Shown: positions 10,748 through 20,849 of the stretch, one piece after another | Position numbering within the stretch: the stretch's first letter is position 1 | How the letters are laid out: each line of letters begins with the position of its first letter | Assembly (NCBI RefSeq): GCF_000007005.1 | Contig: NC_002754.1 | Strand: one strand, 5' to 3' | Length of the DNA: 64,000 nucleotides | Origin: Saccharolobus solfataricus P2 | Lineage (GTDB): Archaea; Thermoproteota; Thermoprotei_A; Sulfolobales; Sulfolobaceae | The notes under the pieces: model-generated | The model's input: only the letters and a program-made list of their open reading frames with translations | Databases searched by the model: none | Told to the model about the DNA's origin: nothing | Made by a program: the position numbers and the translations under genes

Positions 10748-11439
10748 TGTTTTTTCACTCTCGTATTCCCTGCTACTACCCAATATTCTCCGTCATCTCT
10801 TATTTCCAACTTCCAAATTCCAGTGCTATGTTTAACTAATTCCAATGTTTCTTTTACCGCGTCGATAGCGTCCTTCCTTCCCTTACCTATAGCCATTATA
10901 AGTAAGACATTCTCTCCGGGTTTCATTGAATCTATTACATGTATTATCTCGATTTCGATCAGATCATTATATTTCTTCTTTATTTCATCTTTTATTTCTA
11001 GAAATCTTTTTCTAGTGTACTCTTCGTAGGCTTCGTATTTCAGTTCAAAGACTCTATGATTGTCTACTATACCTTTAACAAAACCTACATAAACTACTAA
11101 AGAACCCGCTTCCGGGGGTGCTTTTTCTCTAAATTTTCTAATTTCCTCAAGTAAGTCAAATTTTTTCCCTATTATTAAATCTCCGCCCGAAGGTGGTGGT
11201 AACAACGCTACCTCATCTCCATCTTTAATATTCTTGGTTGAAGCTGAACCGTTAACCAAAATTGAAACCTTTATCCCATTTATTCCACTCTTCAAGAAAT
11301 TTACTAATTCGCTTCCGTAAATTTTACCCAGTTGTTCAATAAAGCAGTCTACAGTTTCGCATTCTGTTTCTAATACTTCATTTGACTTATGGGTTATGTC
11401 TTTAATGAATGCAAAATAAAGAACTTTCACTTTTTTCAT
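10744..11439 (-). CDS. MoaD-MoaE fusion (molybdopterin synthase)
   Basis: Ubiquitin-like N-domain ending PPPSGG, followed by MoaE (F.G.VKG, L.YEAY, IWKLE). Confidence 0.9.
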   Translation of the reverse strand: MKKVKVLYFAFIKDITHKSNEVLETECETVDCFIEQLGKIYGSELVNFLKSGINGIKVSILVNGSASTKNIKDGDEVALLPPPSGGDLIIGKKFDLLEEIRKFREKAPPEAGSLVVYVGFVKGIVDNHRVFELKYEAYEEYTRKRFLEIKDEIKKKYNDLIEIEIIHVIDSMKPGENVLLIMAIGKGRKDAIDAVKETLELVKHSTGIWKLEIRDDGEYWVVAGNTRVKKQ

Positions 11440-11476
11440 GGACTCACCATTATTAATTTCTTAATCCTTAGATAGT

Positions 11477-11932
11477 ATGAGTGAAGACGAGATAATAGAT
11501 TTACTATTTAATACTCAGCGTGATATAAGGCAAGGTATCACAATAAAAAAGGAAAATAATGAGGTTTTAAACAAATTAAATGAGATAGAGAAGCTTCTTC
11601 AGTATTTAATTAAGAATAAAGAGAGAGCAAGTCAACAAAACGGGAGTTTATGTGAACAAGTTCTTTCATCAACTTATGTTATTCTTGATGAAAATATGGG
11701 AGATATACCTAGAAAGTACTTTATAATTGATCTGAATAGTTCTAGAAAATTAGTTACATTTAAGGATACAATAGACCTTCTTAACCTCTACTTCTCTCAA
11801 ACCATAAATGAGCAAGATTTAGACGATAAGCTTCCTAAACGGCTAGTCCCATTATTCAGATTCATGAGAAGAAATGGTTTAATATACTTCGATTACGACA
11901 AGAAAAGATATTTTATTGTAGACTATAAGTAA
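11477..11932 (+). CDS. Hypothetical protein (coiled coil, possible C-terminal winged helix)
   Basis: 151-aa ORF divergent from moaDE; composition typical of the genome. Confidence 0.6.
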   Translation: MSEDEIIDLLFNTQRDIRQGITIKKENNEVLNKLNEIEKLLQYLIKNKERASQQNGSLCEQVLSSTYVILDENMGDIPRKYFIIDLNSSRKLVTFKDTIDLLNLYFSQTINEQDLDDKLPKRLVPLFRFMRRNGLIYFDYDKKRYFIVDYK

Positions 11933-14178
11933 ATAATATTGTTTATGGCATTTCCTATTAAGTTTTCGTTTATAGACCTTCTTAAGGCCTCCTTCAGTAC
12001 GTTCAAGAATTCACTAGTCTTAACTAAGTCTCTTACAGAATAATCTAGTTTATTTGATTTTGCTATTTCATCCCGGAGAGTATTTATTTCATTGCTAAAG
12101 TTATAATACGAAAGATAATCCTTATATGTGGAAATTTTTTGGTTTAGTAGAGGCGTATCTTGCGATAGTTTAGATAAAAATTCCTTTACTCTGGAGTCAG
12201 AGGATAATTTTCGTATAAGCTCACTGCTTATATATTTAGAGAAAATCGGAATAGTCAGCAACAAGAAGTATTGGCTACCTCCTAAACTCCACATGACTAC
12301 TTTCTCAGCGATTTCATCCTTAGAAGCTATTAAACCATCTGCAACTGCCCTTACTAACAAATCGAATATTATATTCTCGTTTATCATGACTTTTTCTTCC
12401 TCAAGATACTTTACCTCTTTCTTTTCTAGGAATAAGCTATATGCCGATATTGTTCCAAACTTCCACGTAGAAAATGGACATACAGTTAAGAAACCTTTTT
12501 TGGTAGCTCTAATTGGGCTACCTTTATAAGATGTTAAGAATAAGCCTGCACATTCATTATATTGTGAAGAATATCCAAGCTTCTTAGCCCAGCATCCTAA
12601 ATGTACTTCTTTATCCTTTAGTTCATGTTTGATAACTTCGTACGCAAATATTCCCTTCTGTTCGCTAAATTTATTATAAATATACAATCCCTCAGGGCAT
12701 AGGAAATAGATGCCAGCAGCATTTTGTTCAATCCTTAAGCGATTTATCTTCTCAACACTATTTCTCGCACCTTCTAGATTCCCCGCTAGATAATCATTAA
12801 AACCACAACAAATTCCAGTGACTAATCTAACTCTGGGAGATAGCTCTTGAGGTAATTTATCTCCATTGATTAGGAGGTAATTTAGAAATCCCTCTAGTCC
12901 TAATGGATCGTACTTTGCTGCGCATCCTACGAATAGTAGGAAGACTGGTCTATTCCTGTACCTACTGCCTAAATTTTTTTCCAATTCGTAGATAGTCCTT
13001 GGTACATCGATTGTTTCTAATTCTATTGTTTCCTTTTTTTCATTAAATTGTGGTAATATTTCCATTAGATTTGAAATATTTATTCCTACTGGACAAGCTT
13101 CTTGACAAGAAGCGCATCCAAAACAGAATTCAAAATTTCCTTCACCCGTTAGTAATCTGTTAAATCTACCTAAAGGTGAATAAAGGATATTATTGGTAGT
13201 GTTGTAAGCAAGGCAGCTATCTAAACATAATGAACAATTTATACACTTTGACGCCTCGACTATCGTGTTTTTATTTATTCTCTTAGATCTTATTTTTATC
13301 TCATATTTTTTAAAGTTTCTTATGATATCCTTATGAAATTCTTCATACTCTTTCAAATAGGGAAACGGTAATATATCTGGATTCTTTCTCAGAAACTCAA
13401 AGAGTTCTGGTAATCTGGTTTCCTCTAAGCTTCCAATCATAACTTTATATTTTCTCGGCGAGTTGTAATTGATTATATATCCCATTTTAAAATCGAAATT
13501 AAATTCCACGTTTTTGTCATAATTGGTCATCAGTATTATTGGCACGTAATTTCTCTTGAATATACTAGATATCTCCATATTTATACTTTTTATCAAATTA
13601 TTTATAGATACTGATTTAAAATTTCCCTTAATTACTTTATTGTAGAACGAGGGTATATAATATCTTGTAGTATCCTTATATATTAGGGCTGACCAAGCAA
13701 ATCTATTTTCACCTTCAGTTTCTAACAGCTCTGGATATTTTACCGCAAGAACTCTTACTACCTTATAGTCAATTAGCTCATTTATAGTCTTTTTACCTTT
13801 TGCAAATCCGAACTTATAACTACCGAATCCTGAACCATTTGATGCAGTAAATCCTCCAATAGTGCCTTTTAAATATAGTGGGAAGATAGCAGGGTAGTAA
13901 TTAATCTTGGAGAGTTCATCTATCAATTTATCGAAAGTTACTCCGGCAGGTACTTCAAATATTTTATATATATTCTTTCCTTCAACTTCCCTAAATACAC
14001 TTCCGTCATCAAATCTATCCGGAGCACGAATTATTTTCAAATTAGTATATTTTAATACGTCGCCATATAAACCTGTTAACCTACCAACTACTAATTCGTT
14101 TTTATCATTACTTTCGATCTTTTTTACATCATAGCCCCCTATCACAGCTCTGCTGAAAATTGATGCGTCTAAAATCAC
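11923..14178 (-). CDS. FAD-binding / 4Fe-4S / CCG-domain oxidoreductase (GlcD/GlcF-like)
   Basis: GTIGG..ASNGSG FAD motif; CINCSLCLDSC and CFGCASCQEACP; ICCG. Confidence 0.8.
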   Translation of the reverse strand: MILDASIFSRAVIGGYDVKKIESNDKNELVVGRLTGLYGDVLKYTNLKIIRAPDRFDDGSVFREVEGKNIYKIFEVPAGVTFDKLIDELSKINYYPAIFPLYLKGTIGGFTASNGSGFGSYKFGFAKGKKTINELIDYKVVRVLAVKYPELLETEGENRFAWSALIYKDTTRYYIPSFYNKVIKGNFKSVSINNLIKSINMEISSIFKRNYVPIILMTNYDKNVEFNFDFKMGYIINYNSPRKYKVMIGSLEETRLPELFEFLRKNPDILPFPYLKEYEEFHKDIIRNFKKYEIKIRSKRINKNTIVEASKCINCSLCLDSCLAYNTTNNILYSPLGRFNRLLTGEGNFEFCFGCASCQEACPVGINISNLMEILPQFNEKKETIELETIDVPRTIYELEKNLGSRYRNRPVFLLFVGCAAKYDPLGLEGFLNYLLINGDKLPQELSPRVRLVTGICCGFNDYLAGNLEGARNSVEKINRLRIEQNAAGIYFLCPEGLYIYNKFSEQKGIFAYEVIKHELKDKEVHLGCWAKKLGYSSQYNECAGLFLTSYKGSPIRATKKGFLTVCPFSTWKFGTISAYSLFLEKKEVKYLEEEKVMINENIIFDLLVRAVADGLIASKDEIAEKVVMWSLGGSQYFLLLTIPIFSKYISSELIRKLSSDSRVKEFLSKLSQDTPLLNQKISTYKDYLSYYNFSNEINTLRDEIAKSNKLDYSVRDLVKTSEFLNVLKEALRRSINENLIGNAINNIIYL

Positions 14179-14225
14179 AACTACTCTTAGTAAAAATTAT
14201 TAATAACAGTTTTATAGTTTTAGGC

Positions 14226-14975
14226 GTGGAGATAAAAGTACCAATTTCTATTTCTGGTATATGGTATCCAGTAATAGAGAAAGAGAACTTGATAAAATCA
14301 GGATCTATAGGACTTACCTTAACGTTAGAACCATATATTACAGCTGAAATCAGAAACGGTAGTGGAATAGAATTTAATGGGATAGAAATACAACTTCCTA
14401 ATTACGAGATATTAAAGAAAAAATTAGGAGAATACAAGTTATCTGTATATTCTGAAGTACCATTAGGTTATGGTTACGGTCTAAGCGGAGCTATAAGCTT
14501 GGCTTACGCCCTTGGGGTTAAGGAACTAACCCCAATAAGTGAGGAAGACGCGGTGAATACAGCCCACTTAAGTGATGTGTTATCTGGAAATGGATTAGGG
14601 GATGTAATAGCGCAATATTATGGCGGAGGTTTAGTTTATAGGAAGAAGGCAGGAGGTTTAGGGTATGGTGAGGTTGAGGTGATAAATATGGATTGGTCAT
14701 ATTACCCAATTTTCTCTCAGCCCATTAGCCAACTTCCAACCAAGAGTATTATAAAGAGGTCGGAAATAGCACTTAAGCTTATAGACGATTTTCTCAAAAA
14801 TCCGTCTCCATTGAAATTTATTGAGGTTGCACAACAATTTACAAGTAGTTTGGGTTTTAGTTCTGAATATCCTTATTCCTACAGAAAGAAGGGGATAATT
14901 GTTAAAATCTTTGAACCAGAGTATGGAGTATGGATAAAGCACAAGATAGCAAGCCGTGGAGCATACGTGATTTAA
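14226..14975 (+). CDS. pok: Pantoate kinase (GHMP family)
   Basis: [11 protein letters not shown] and GLGDV motifs; adjacent to pps and panB; GTG start at 14226 is in frame. Confidence 0.85.
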   Translation: MEIKVPISISGIWYPVIEKENLIKSGSIGLTLTLEPYITAEIRNGSGIEFNGIEIQLPNYEILKKKLGEYKLSVYSEVPLGYGYGLSGAISLAYALGVKELTPISEEDAVNTAHLSDVLSGNGLGDVIAQYYGGGLVYRKKAGGLGYGEVEVINMDWSYYPIFSQPISQLPTKSIIKRSEIALKLIDDFLKNPSPLKFIEVAQQFTSSLGFSSEYPYSYRKKGIIVKIFEPEYGVWIKHKIASRGAYVI

Positions 14976-15730
14976 TACCAGAAAATCACCCTAGAAGGGA
15001 ATCCCTATTAATCAGGGAAAAGTTGATTGAAGCAATGGAGAAAAGTATTCTAGTTCCTCAAGGGTTAATAGCACATGGAAGGGGGGAATGTTTCGACTAC
15101 TTAATAGGAGAGAAAACTCAAGATTTCGCTGAAAAAGCAATAGAAGCCGCAGCTGCTACCTTACTCTTAGCAAAAACGCCTACTATTTCTGTAAATGGAA
15201 ATATGGCCGCATTAGTTCCAGAAGGTCTAATAAGATTGGCAGAGGAGAGTAATGCTAAGCTAGAGATTAATTTATTCTATAGGGATGAAAGAAGAGAAAA
15301 AGCAATAGCTGAAGTACTATATAAGGGAGGTGCGAAGGAAGTTTTAGGAGTTGGTGAGGACGCATCAGAGGTAATACCAGAACTATTTAGTCAGAGGAGA
15401 AGAGTAAGTCCAAAAGGTATTTACAAAGCTGATGTGGTATTGTTGGGTTTAGAAGATGGAGATAGAACAGAGGCACTTGTGAAAATGGGTAAAAAAGTAA
15501 TAGCAATAGACATTAATCCACTATCGAGGACTTCAAGAACTGCTACAATAACTATTGTTGATAATATAATTAGGGCGGTTCCCAGACTGGTAGAGAAGGT
15601 GAAAGAGTTGAAGTCTAAGAGTAAAGAAGAGCTAGAACAAATAGTCTTTAACTATGATAACAAAACTATCTTAGCTGAATCACTAAAATTTATAGCTAAC
15701 AGATTAACTCAACTTTCTCTTTCCTTATAA
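14930..15730 (-). CDS. pps: Phosphopantothenate synthetase
   Basis: [20 protein letters not shown] and LEDGDR motifs. Confidence 0.93.
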
Positions 15731-16512
15731 TGTTGTTTTTCAGGAAACTTATTAGTTTTCACGTCAATTATATACTGATTAATAGCGCTGGAGATGATTT
15801 CTTTCAAATTAACGTATGACTTAGCGAAGTAAGGGGTAACCTCAGATAACCCTAGTAAATCGTGTATTACTAACACTTGTCCATCACAATATGGGCCTGC
15901 TCCTATACAGATTGTAGGCACGTTTAGTTTTTCCGTAATCCTTTTAGCTATATCCACGTATGTATTTTCTATAACTATTGAAAATACCCCTGCATCTTCT
16001 AGTTCTAAACTATCCTTTATTAATTGCTCCTCTTCCTGCTTAGTTTTTCCGATAGTTCTAAATCCCCCTAGCCTCAAGAACCTTTGAGGGGTTAAACCAA
16101 TATGCCCCATTACGGGTATTCCAGCCTTTACGATTGCTCTAATAATGTCTTTAATTTCCTCTCCACCCTCTAGTTTTACCGCGTCACTACCAGCCTTAAC
16201 TAAAAGACCTGCATTCTTCACTGCACTTTTCACGTCTATCTCATAACTTAGGAACGGCATATCTGAAACTATTAACTGAGGAGGATTAGCTCTTGCTACT
16301 GCTCTAGTATGGGAGATCATGTCTCTCATGGTTACGTTAAGCGTATTTGTATATCCTAGAACAACCATTCCTAAGGAATCTCCTACTAGTATGGAATCTA
16401 GCGTAGTATTAGATATTATTTTCGCTGTGGGGTAATCGTAAGCTGTTAACATCGTAATTTTCTCCTTCATTGATTTCTTCTTTATGAAATCCCTTATTGT
16501 CACCTTTTTCAT
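15709..16512 (-). CDS. panB: Ketopantoate hydroxymethyltransferase
   Basis: LTAYDY, LVGDSLG, VKLEGG and GHIGLTPQ motifs. Confidence 0.97.
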   Translation of the reverse strand: MKKVTIRDFIKKKSMKEKITMLTAYDYPTAKIISNTTLDSILVGDSLGMVVLGYTNTLNVTMRDMISHTRAVARANPPQLIVSDMPFLSYEIDVKSAVKNAGLLVKAGSDAVKLEGGEEIKDIIRAIVKAGIPVMGHIGLTPQRFLRLGGFRTIGKTKQEEEQLIKDSLELEDAGVFSIVIENTYVDIAKRITEKLNVPTICIGAGPYCDGQVLVIHDLLGLSEVTPYFAKSYVNLKEIISSAINQYIIDVKTNKFPEKQHYKERES

Positions 16513-17092
16513 TGTTTATTCTTGAGCTTATTCTCTTAGCTAAATTTATAATTTTTTTCAATTTTTCAGCAATCTCAAAGGTTTCCTCATGCTGGGAAGC
16601 CTTATAATACAATTTTACTATTAAAGGTAAAATCTCAAATGAAAATTTCATAAAATTTTTCTTGTCCAAGTCAAGTAGTTTAGGTTTCTTCAACAAGAAT
16701 AATAATTTTTTTTCTACCTCCTTAGGGTTTAAGCTATTATATTGAATAATTATAAGCGAAATTTCAGCATCCTCCTCGCCATTCTCAATTTCTCCACTAA
16801 TTGCTAGCTTAGTCTGTTCAATATCTATTAATTTCCACCAATGTTGATTAGCTGACTTGTACGTGGTTTCTATTATACCGAAATCCTTCTCTAAGGCTCT
16901 TAATATCATTCTAGGGTCGTAGTTAATTCCCCATTCCTCTAGTTTTTCAACCAATCGCTTGTAGTTAAAGTCTCCTAGTTCTCTATTTTCATTCTCTTCT
17001 GTAATTTCTATTATTGCTTTCAAGATATATTTAGCCTTATCACCATATCTCAGAATAGCCTCTAGCGTTCTGTCCTTTACTGTGCCAATCAT
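16409..17092 (-). CDS. Hypothetical crenarchaeal protein with N-terminal winged-helix-like region
   Basis: [12 protein letters not shown]...[19 protein letters not shown]...HWW pattern; 3' end overlaps panB by 104 nt. Confidence 0.65.
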   Translation of the reverse strand: MIGTVKDRTLEAILRYGDKAKYILKAIIEITEENENRELGDFNYKRLVEKLEEWGINYDPRMILRALEKDFGIIETTYKSANQHWWKLIDIEQTKLAISGEIENGEEDAEISLIIIQYNSLNPKEVEKKLLFLLKKPKLLDLDKKNFMKFSFEILPLIVKLYYKASQHEETFEIAEKLKKIINLAKRISSRINNEKGDNKGFHKEEINEGENYDVNSLRLPHSENNI

Positions 17093-17139
17093 TTTATATT
17101 ATCTCGAAAGCATATAATAAGTTCCTTAGCCATAATAGC

Positions 17140-17886
17140 ATGAGTATGACAGAAAAACAATTTGCTGTCAGTGTTACCAATTTACGAAAGAGAATCGGAA
17201 ATAAGGAAATACTTAAGGGGTTATCATTTGATGTAGAGAGCGGTGAGGTTTTCGGAATAGTGGGACCTAACGGAGCTGGAAAGACGACAACTCTAAGAAT
17301 ATTAGCCGGTATTATCAAAAATTTTAACGGAGATGCAAAAGTCTTTGGTCTAAGACCAATTGAGGCAAAACAAAATGGATATATCTCTTATATGCCAGAA
17401 GACGCCTTTCCTTATGAAAAGCTAACTGGCTATGAAAATTTAGATTTTTATGCAGAATTATACGCTAAAGGTGACAAGGAGTTAAAGGAGAAATACCTGA
17501 AATTAGGCATTGAAATCGCTAATTTAGGTGAGAGGATTTACGATAAAACTGCTGAGTATAGTAGGGGCATGAAAAGAAGGCTTATTATAGCGAGGACCTT
17601 AATGGTAATGCCAAAACTTTCAGTTCTTGACGAACCCACTTCAGCCCTAGATGTAGAGTCCGCAGTAAGGATAAGGAATATAATTTTAGAAATGGCAAGA
17701 AGATACAATATGACAATAATACTCTCTTCACACAATATGCTAGAGGTAGAATATTTGTGTGATAGAATAACGCTAATTAACGACGGAAGAATAGTTGCGA
17801 ATGGAAAGCCTAAGGAGATCATTAAAAGTACTAACTCTAAGAATTTGGAAGAAGCGTTCATAAAACTAGTATTTGGTGATCAATGA
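17140..17886 (+). CDS. ABC transporter ATP-binding protein
   Basis: [14 protein letters not shown] signature, LDEPT and H-loop. Confidence 0.95.
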   Translation: MSMTEKQFAVSVTNLRKRIGNKEILKGLSFDVESGEVFGIVGPNGAGKTTTLRILAGIIKNFNGDAKVFGLRPIEAKQNGYISYMPEDAFPYEKLTGYENLDFYAELYAKGDKELKEKYLKLGIEIANLGERIYDKTAEYSRGMKRRLIIARTLMVMPKLSVLDEPTSALDVESAVRIRNIILEMARRYNMTIILSSHNMLEVEYLCDRITLINDGRIVANGKPKEIIKSTNSKNLEEAFIKLVFGDQ

Positions 17887-19076
17887 TGCTAAGGACAATG
17901 ATAAAGAAAGAGATATTGGATTTAAAAAGAGACAGAAAGTTATTACTCGGGACTATAGTACTTCCTTTCGTATTATTACCATTAATTGGTATAATACTTT
18001 ACGCTTCCATAGCTGTATCCCCACCCGTGATCGAAATAATTAACTATAATCAATCCAACTTACCTTATATTCAAATCATTTCGAACTATATTACTCGAAA
18101 TGGAGGCACAGTGATTTACAATAATACGAATACAAGCATAGTACCTGATGCTGTGATAATATTCCCTAATGACTTCAATATAAACGCCAGCAATATCTCA
18201 AGACAAACGTTTGTATATGAAAAGATTTTAATTTCCTCCAATCAAGAAGCTTCTAATTTGGTTAATAACGCAATAGGTTATCTGTCTTATACTCTAGTAT
18301 ATAATAGGATTGAACGGTTGATAAATTCTTCTAATTTACAGCATGTTGTTAATCCTGATGATGTCATAAATCCTTTATTAGTTAAAAACTTCGTTGTGAC
18401 CATAACCGGTCGTAACGCTTCACAGTCTCAAGCTAACCTAAGTGAAATGGCCAGGATAATCACATTAGTGCTTTTCCCCAGTGCTACTCCGGTAATATTT
18501 TACGTTACAGATGGGATAGTTGGCGAAAAGGAAAGAAAAACTTTGGAGTCCTTATTGGCTTCCCCTATATCAATAAACTCCTTTATATTCTCTAAGGTAA
18601 TTATAGCTGTGATCTTAGGAGTTCTCTCTTCATTAGGTGATATTCTAGGTATAGTAATATTTTCCTCATTAATGTCATTTACATTTGGTTTACCGCTATC
18701 TCTCAGTACACCATTTATCCTAATTGTTATTCTAACCTATCTGTTAGCTGTACTATTGACTGCAGCGCTAAGTGTGATTTTACTTCTAGCCTTAGGAGGA
18801 TCAATGCGTAATATGCAAGTGATAAACTTTCTCATTCTATCTTTTGGTTTGATAGCGTCCTTCTCTGCACTATTTATAAATGTTGCTAATTTGCAGTCTC
18901 CCCTAAATCTAGTACTCCTAATACCGTACGAACAATTAAGTCTATCATTACTTTACTTCGTTTCCGGCTCTACTTTTGTTTCGTTATCTCTCCTCTTAGG
19001 CGTATTTGCGGTCTGTGTAATAATTTTAATAGTATCATCAAGACTATTTAATTCGGAAAGACTACTGCTAAAGTAA
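17883..19076 (+). CDS. ABC-2 type permease (NatB-like)
   Basis: KEILDL.RD start, [15 protein letters not shown] motif, multiple TM segments. Confidence 0.9.
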   Translation: MMLRTMIKKEILDLKRDRKLLLGTIVLPFVLLPLIGIILYASIAVSPPVIEIINYNQSNLPYIQIISNYITRNGGTVIYNNTNTSIVPDAVIIFPNDFNINASNISRQTFVYEKILISSNQEASNLVNNAIGYLSYTLVYNRIERLINSSNLQHVVNPDDVINPLLVKNFVVTITGRNASQSQANLSEMARIITLVLFPSATPVIFYVTDGIVGEKERKTLESLLASPISINSFIFSKVIIAVILGVLSSLGDILGIVIFSSLMSFTFGLPLSLSTPFILIVILTYLLAVLLTAALSVILLLALGGSMRNMQVINFLILSFGLIASFSALFINVANLQSPLNLVLLIPYEQLSLSLLYFVSGSTFVSLSLLLGVFAVCVIILIVSSRLFNSERLLLK

Positions 19077-19108
19077 ACCTTTAAATATTGAGTCGTAATT
19101 AATATTTT

Positions 19109-19342
19109 ATGGCAGAAGTTGTAAGAGCCTATATTCTCGTCTCTACTACTGTTGGTAAAGAAATGGAAGTAGCAGATATGGCTAAAAAGGTCTCAGGTGT
19201 AATAAGAGCAGATCCAGTTTATGGTGAATATGACGTAGTAGTAGAAGTAGAGGCCAAGTCTTCTGACGATTTGAAGAAAGTAATATATGAGATAAGAAGG
19301 AATCCGAACATAATAAGAACCGTAACTTTAATAGTAATGTAA
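19109..19342 (+). CDS. Stand-alone Lrp/AsnC ligand-binding (RAM) domain protein
   Basis: AYILV..VGKE...VYGEYDVVVEVE...I.RTVTLI pattern, no HTH. Confidence 0.88.
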   Translation: MAEVVRAYILVSTTVGKEMEVADMAKKVSGVIRADPVYGEYDVVVEVEAKSSDDLKKVIYEIRRNPNIIRTVTLIVM

Positions 19343-19402
19343 TTTTTTCTTACCTATTAATTCTCGGCGTGTATTTCCATTCTATTAGAAATATACGTTA
19401 GG

Positions 19403-19454
19403 TCAGTCTTTATACTCTTTCCACATTAGCTTCAGTACGTCCCTGCTACATCAC
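19403..19454 (-). ncRNA. Box C/D guide sRNA (D' guide complementary to 16S rRNA near E. coli-equivalent U1380)
   Basis: GUGAUGU (C) - AGCAGGGACGUA - CUGA (D') - AUGUGGA (C') - AAGAGUAUAAAGA - CUGA (D); the D' guide is the complement of archaeal 16S UACGUCCCUGCU (recalled). Confidence 0.8.
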
Positions 19455-19568
19455 TTGATAATCGTAAAATCCGGGGGTGACCCTCCTGCGATCATCTTAC
19501 CCCGGTACACGGGGATTAATGTAAAATCACGCAGGCCAATATGATTTAGCTTAACATAGGTTAAATTT

Positions 19569-19883
19569 TTACCTTTGATTACTATCAACGACCTCTACTT
19601 GTTCCTCTTCCTCATCTTTTTCTTCTAACATCTCCAACTTCTTTAATACCTCTACCAGTAATGCATCTAACTGTGCTACTTTTGCCTCTAAAAAGGCTAT
19701 ACTCTCATCATACTTAGCGTTCGTCCTTTTTTCTTCATTTTCCTCCTCTCTCTCAAAGTCTCCTTCTAGTCCCTTCTTTATAAACAGTTTGACTAAGTCA
19801 GTCATTTGAATACCTAACTCATCAGCTTTCTGCTTAAGTTCGTCATACATCCACTCTGGCAATGAAAGGTGTATAGTGGGCAT
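19569..19883 (-). CDS. Ribbon-helix-helix (CopG-type) DNA-binding protein with C-terminal coiled coil
   Basis: MPTIHLSLPEWMYDELKQKADELGIQMTDLVKLFI RHH pattern. Confidence 0.85.
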   Translation of the reverse strand: MPTIHLSLPEWMYDELKQKADELGIQMTDLVKLFIKKGLEGDFEREEENEEKRTNAKYDESIAFLEAKVAQLDALLVEVLKKLEMLEEKDEEEEQVEVVDSNQR

Positions 19884-20032
19884 CTCTGTCTGCTCCTCTA
19901 AATATTAATATTGAAGTAGAAGTATATTAATCTTTATTTTCTATTATGTATTCCTCTTCATGGAAGAATCCGGGAATACCGATCCAGAGAATACTTAAAC
20001 CTTACTGATGACAAGTATATATATGATAAAAG

Positions 20033-20209
20033 ATGAGAGTTGTAACATTTAAAGTGGAAGAGGATTTGTTAGAACTATTAGATAGATATGCTATAAAATA
20101 CGGTTTAAATAGATCTGAAGCCATACGTAAAGCCATAGAAAAAATGGTAAGAGATGAGTTATCAAAGGAGAGAGTCCCAGTGGCAAGAGTGGAAAAGATA
20201 AAGCTTTAA
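20033..20209 (+). CDS. aCcr1: 58-aa RHH transcription factor, probable cell-cycle regulator aCcr1 (not in ORF track)
   Basis: Manual translation [58 protein letters not shown]; size, sequence and position match aCcr1 as recalled. Confidence 0.75.
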   Translation: MRVVTFKVEEDLLELLDRYAIKYGLNRSEAIRKAIEKMVRDELSKERVPVARVEKIKL

Positions 20210-20841
20210 TAAGATAAAGCGTAAACCACTTTCTTGCTCTCCTCTACGTTTTCATCTATGAGATTGTTTTTCAGATCTATTCTTCTTATCTCATATTTTA
20301 GGTTGGCTAAGAACTCTTCTGGGGGATCTAAAGGCATATAGTGCCCTTTTATCCAATAGTGAATCGGGATTATTATTTTGGGTGAAATCTTATTAATTAT
20401 CTCTAGGGCTTCTTTGAAATTTATGGTAATTACACCACCTATAGGTATCAATAGGACATCTGCCCCATATAACTCCTTATAAGTATTCTCTTCAAGGAGA
20501 TGGCCTAGATCCCCAAGGTGTACGATTTTTTTACCATCACTCCTTTGTAGGACGTATATGCTATTTTCCCCTCTTAGTTTACCGTTATACTTATCATGAT
20601 AACTCTTTATTCCCTTTATTGTATAGTTAGAATAGGTTAAGGATCCATAAAAATTAATTTTAACATCTTTGTATTCAAAGATTTGATACGCGTTATGGTC
20701 GTAATGATCATGAGTTACTAAAATTAGGTCTACCTTTTTTATATCCGGTTTAGGTAAACCAATACTTCCTCCATCGTGCGGATCAATTAATATTCTATCA
20801 TCAATTAAAACACAAGAATGTCCGAAATATTTTAGTACCAT
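20206..20841 (-). CDS. Metallo-beta-lactamase-fold Zn hydrolase
   Basis: GHSC, THDHYDH, HLGDLG and IPIHY motifs. Confidence 0.92.
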   Translation of the reverse strand: MVLKYFGHSCVLIDDRILIDPHDGGSIGLPKPDIKKVDLILVTHDHYDHNAYQIFEYKDVKINFYGSLTYSNYTIKGIKSYHDKYNGKLRGENSIYVLQRSDGKKIVHLGDLGHLLEENTYKELYGADVLLIPIGGVITINFKEALEIINKISPKIIIPIHYWIKGHYMPLDPPEEFLANLKYEIRRIDLKNNLIDENVEESKKVVYALSY

Positions 20842-20849
20842 ACAATCGT

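Noticed and set aside
19471-19537. H/ACA RNA or MITE interpretation of the hairpins
   Set aside because: No ACA box or well-formed K-turn, and no terminal IR plus TSD pair; kept only as an unclassified structure
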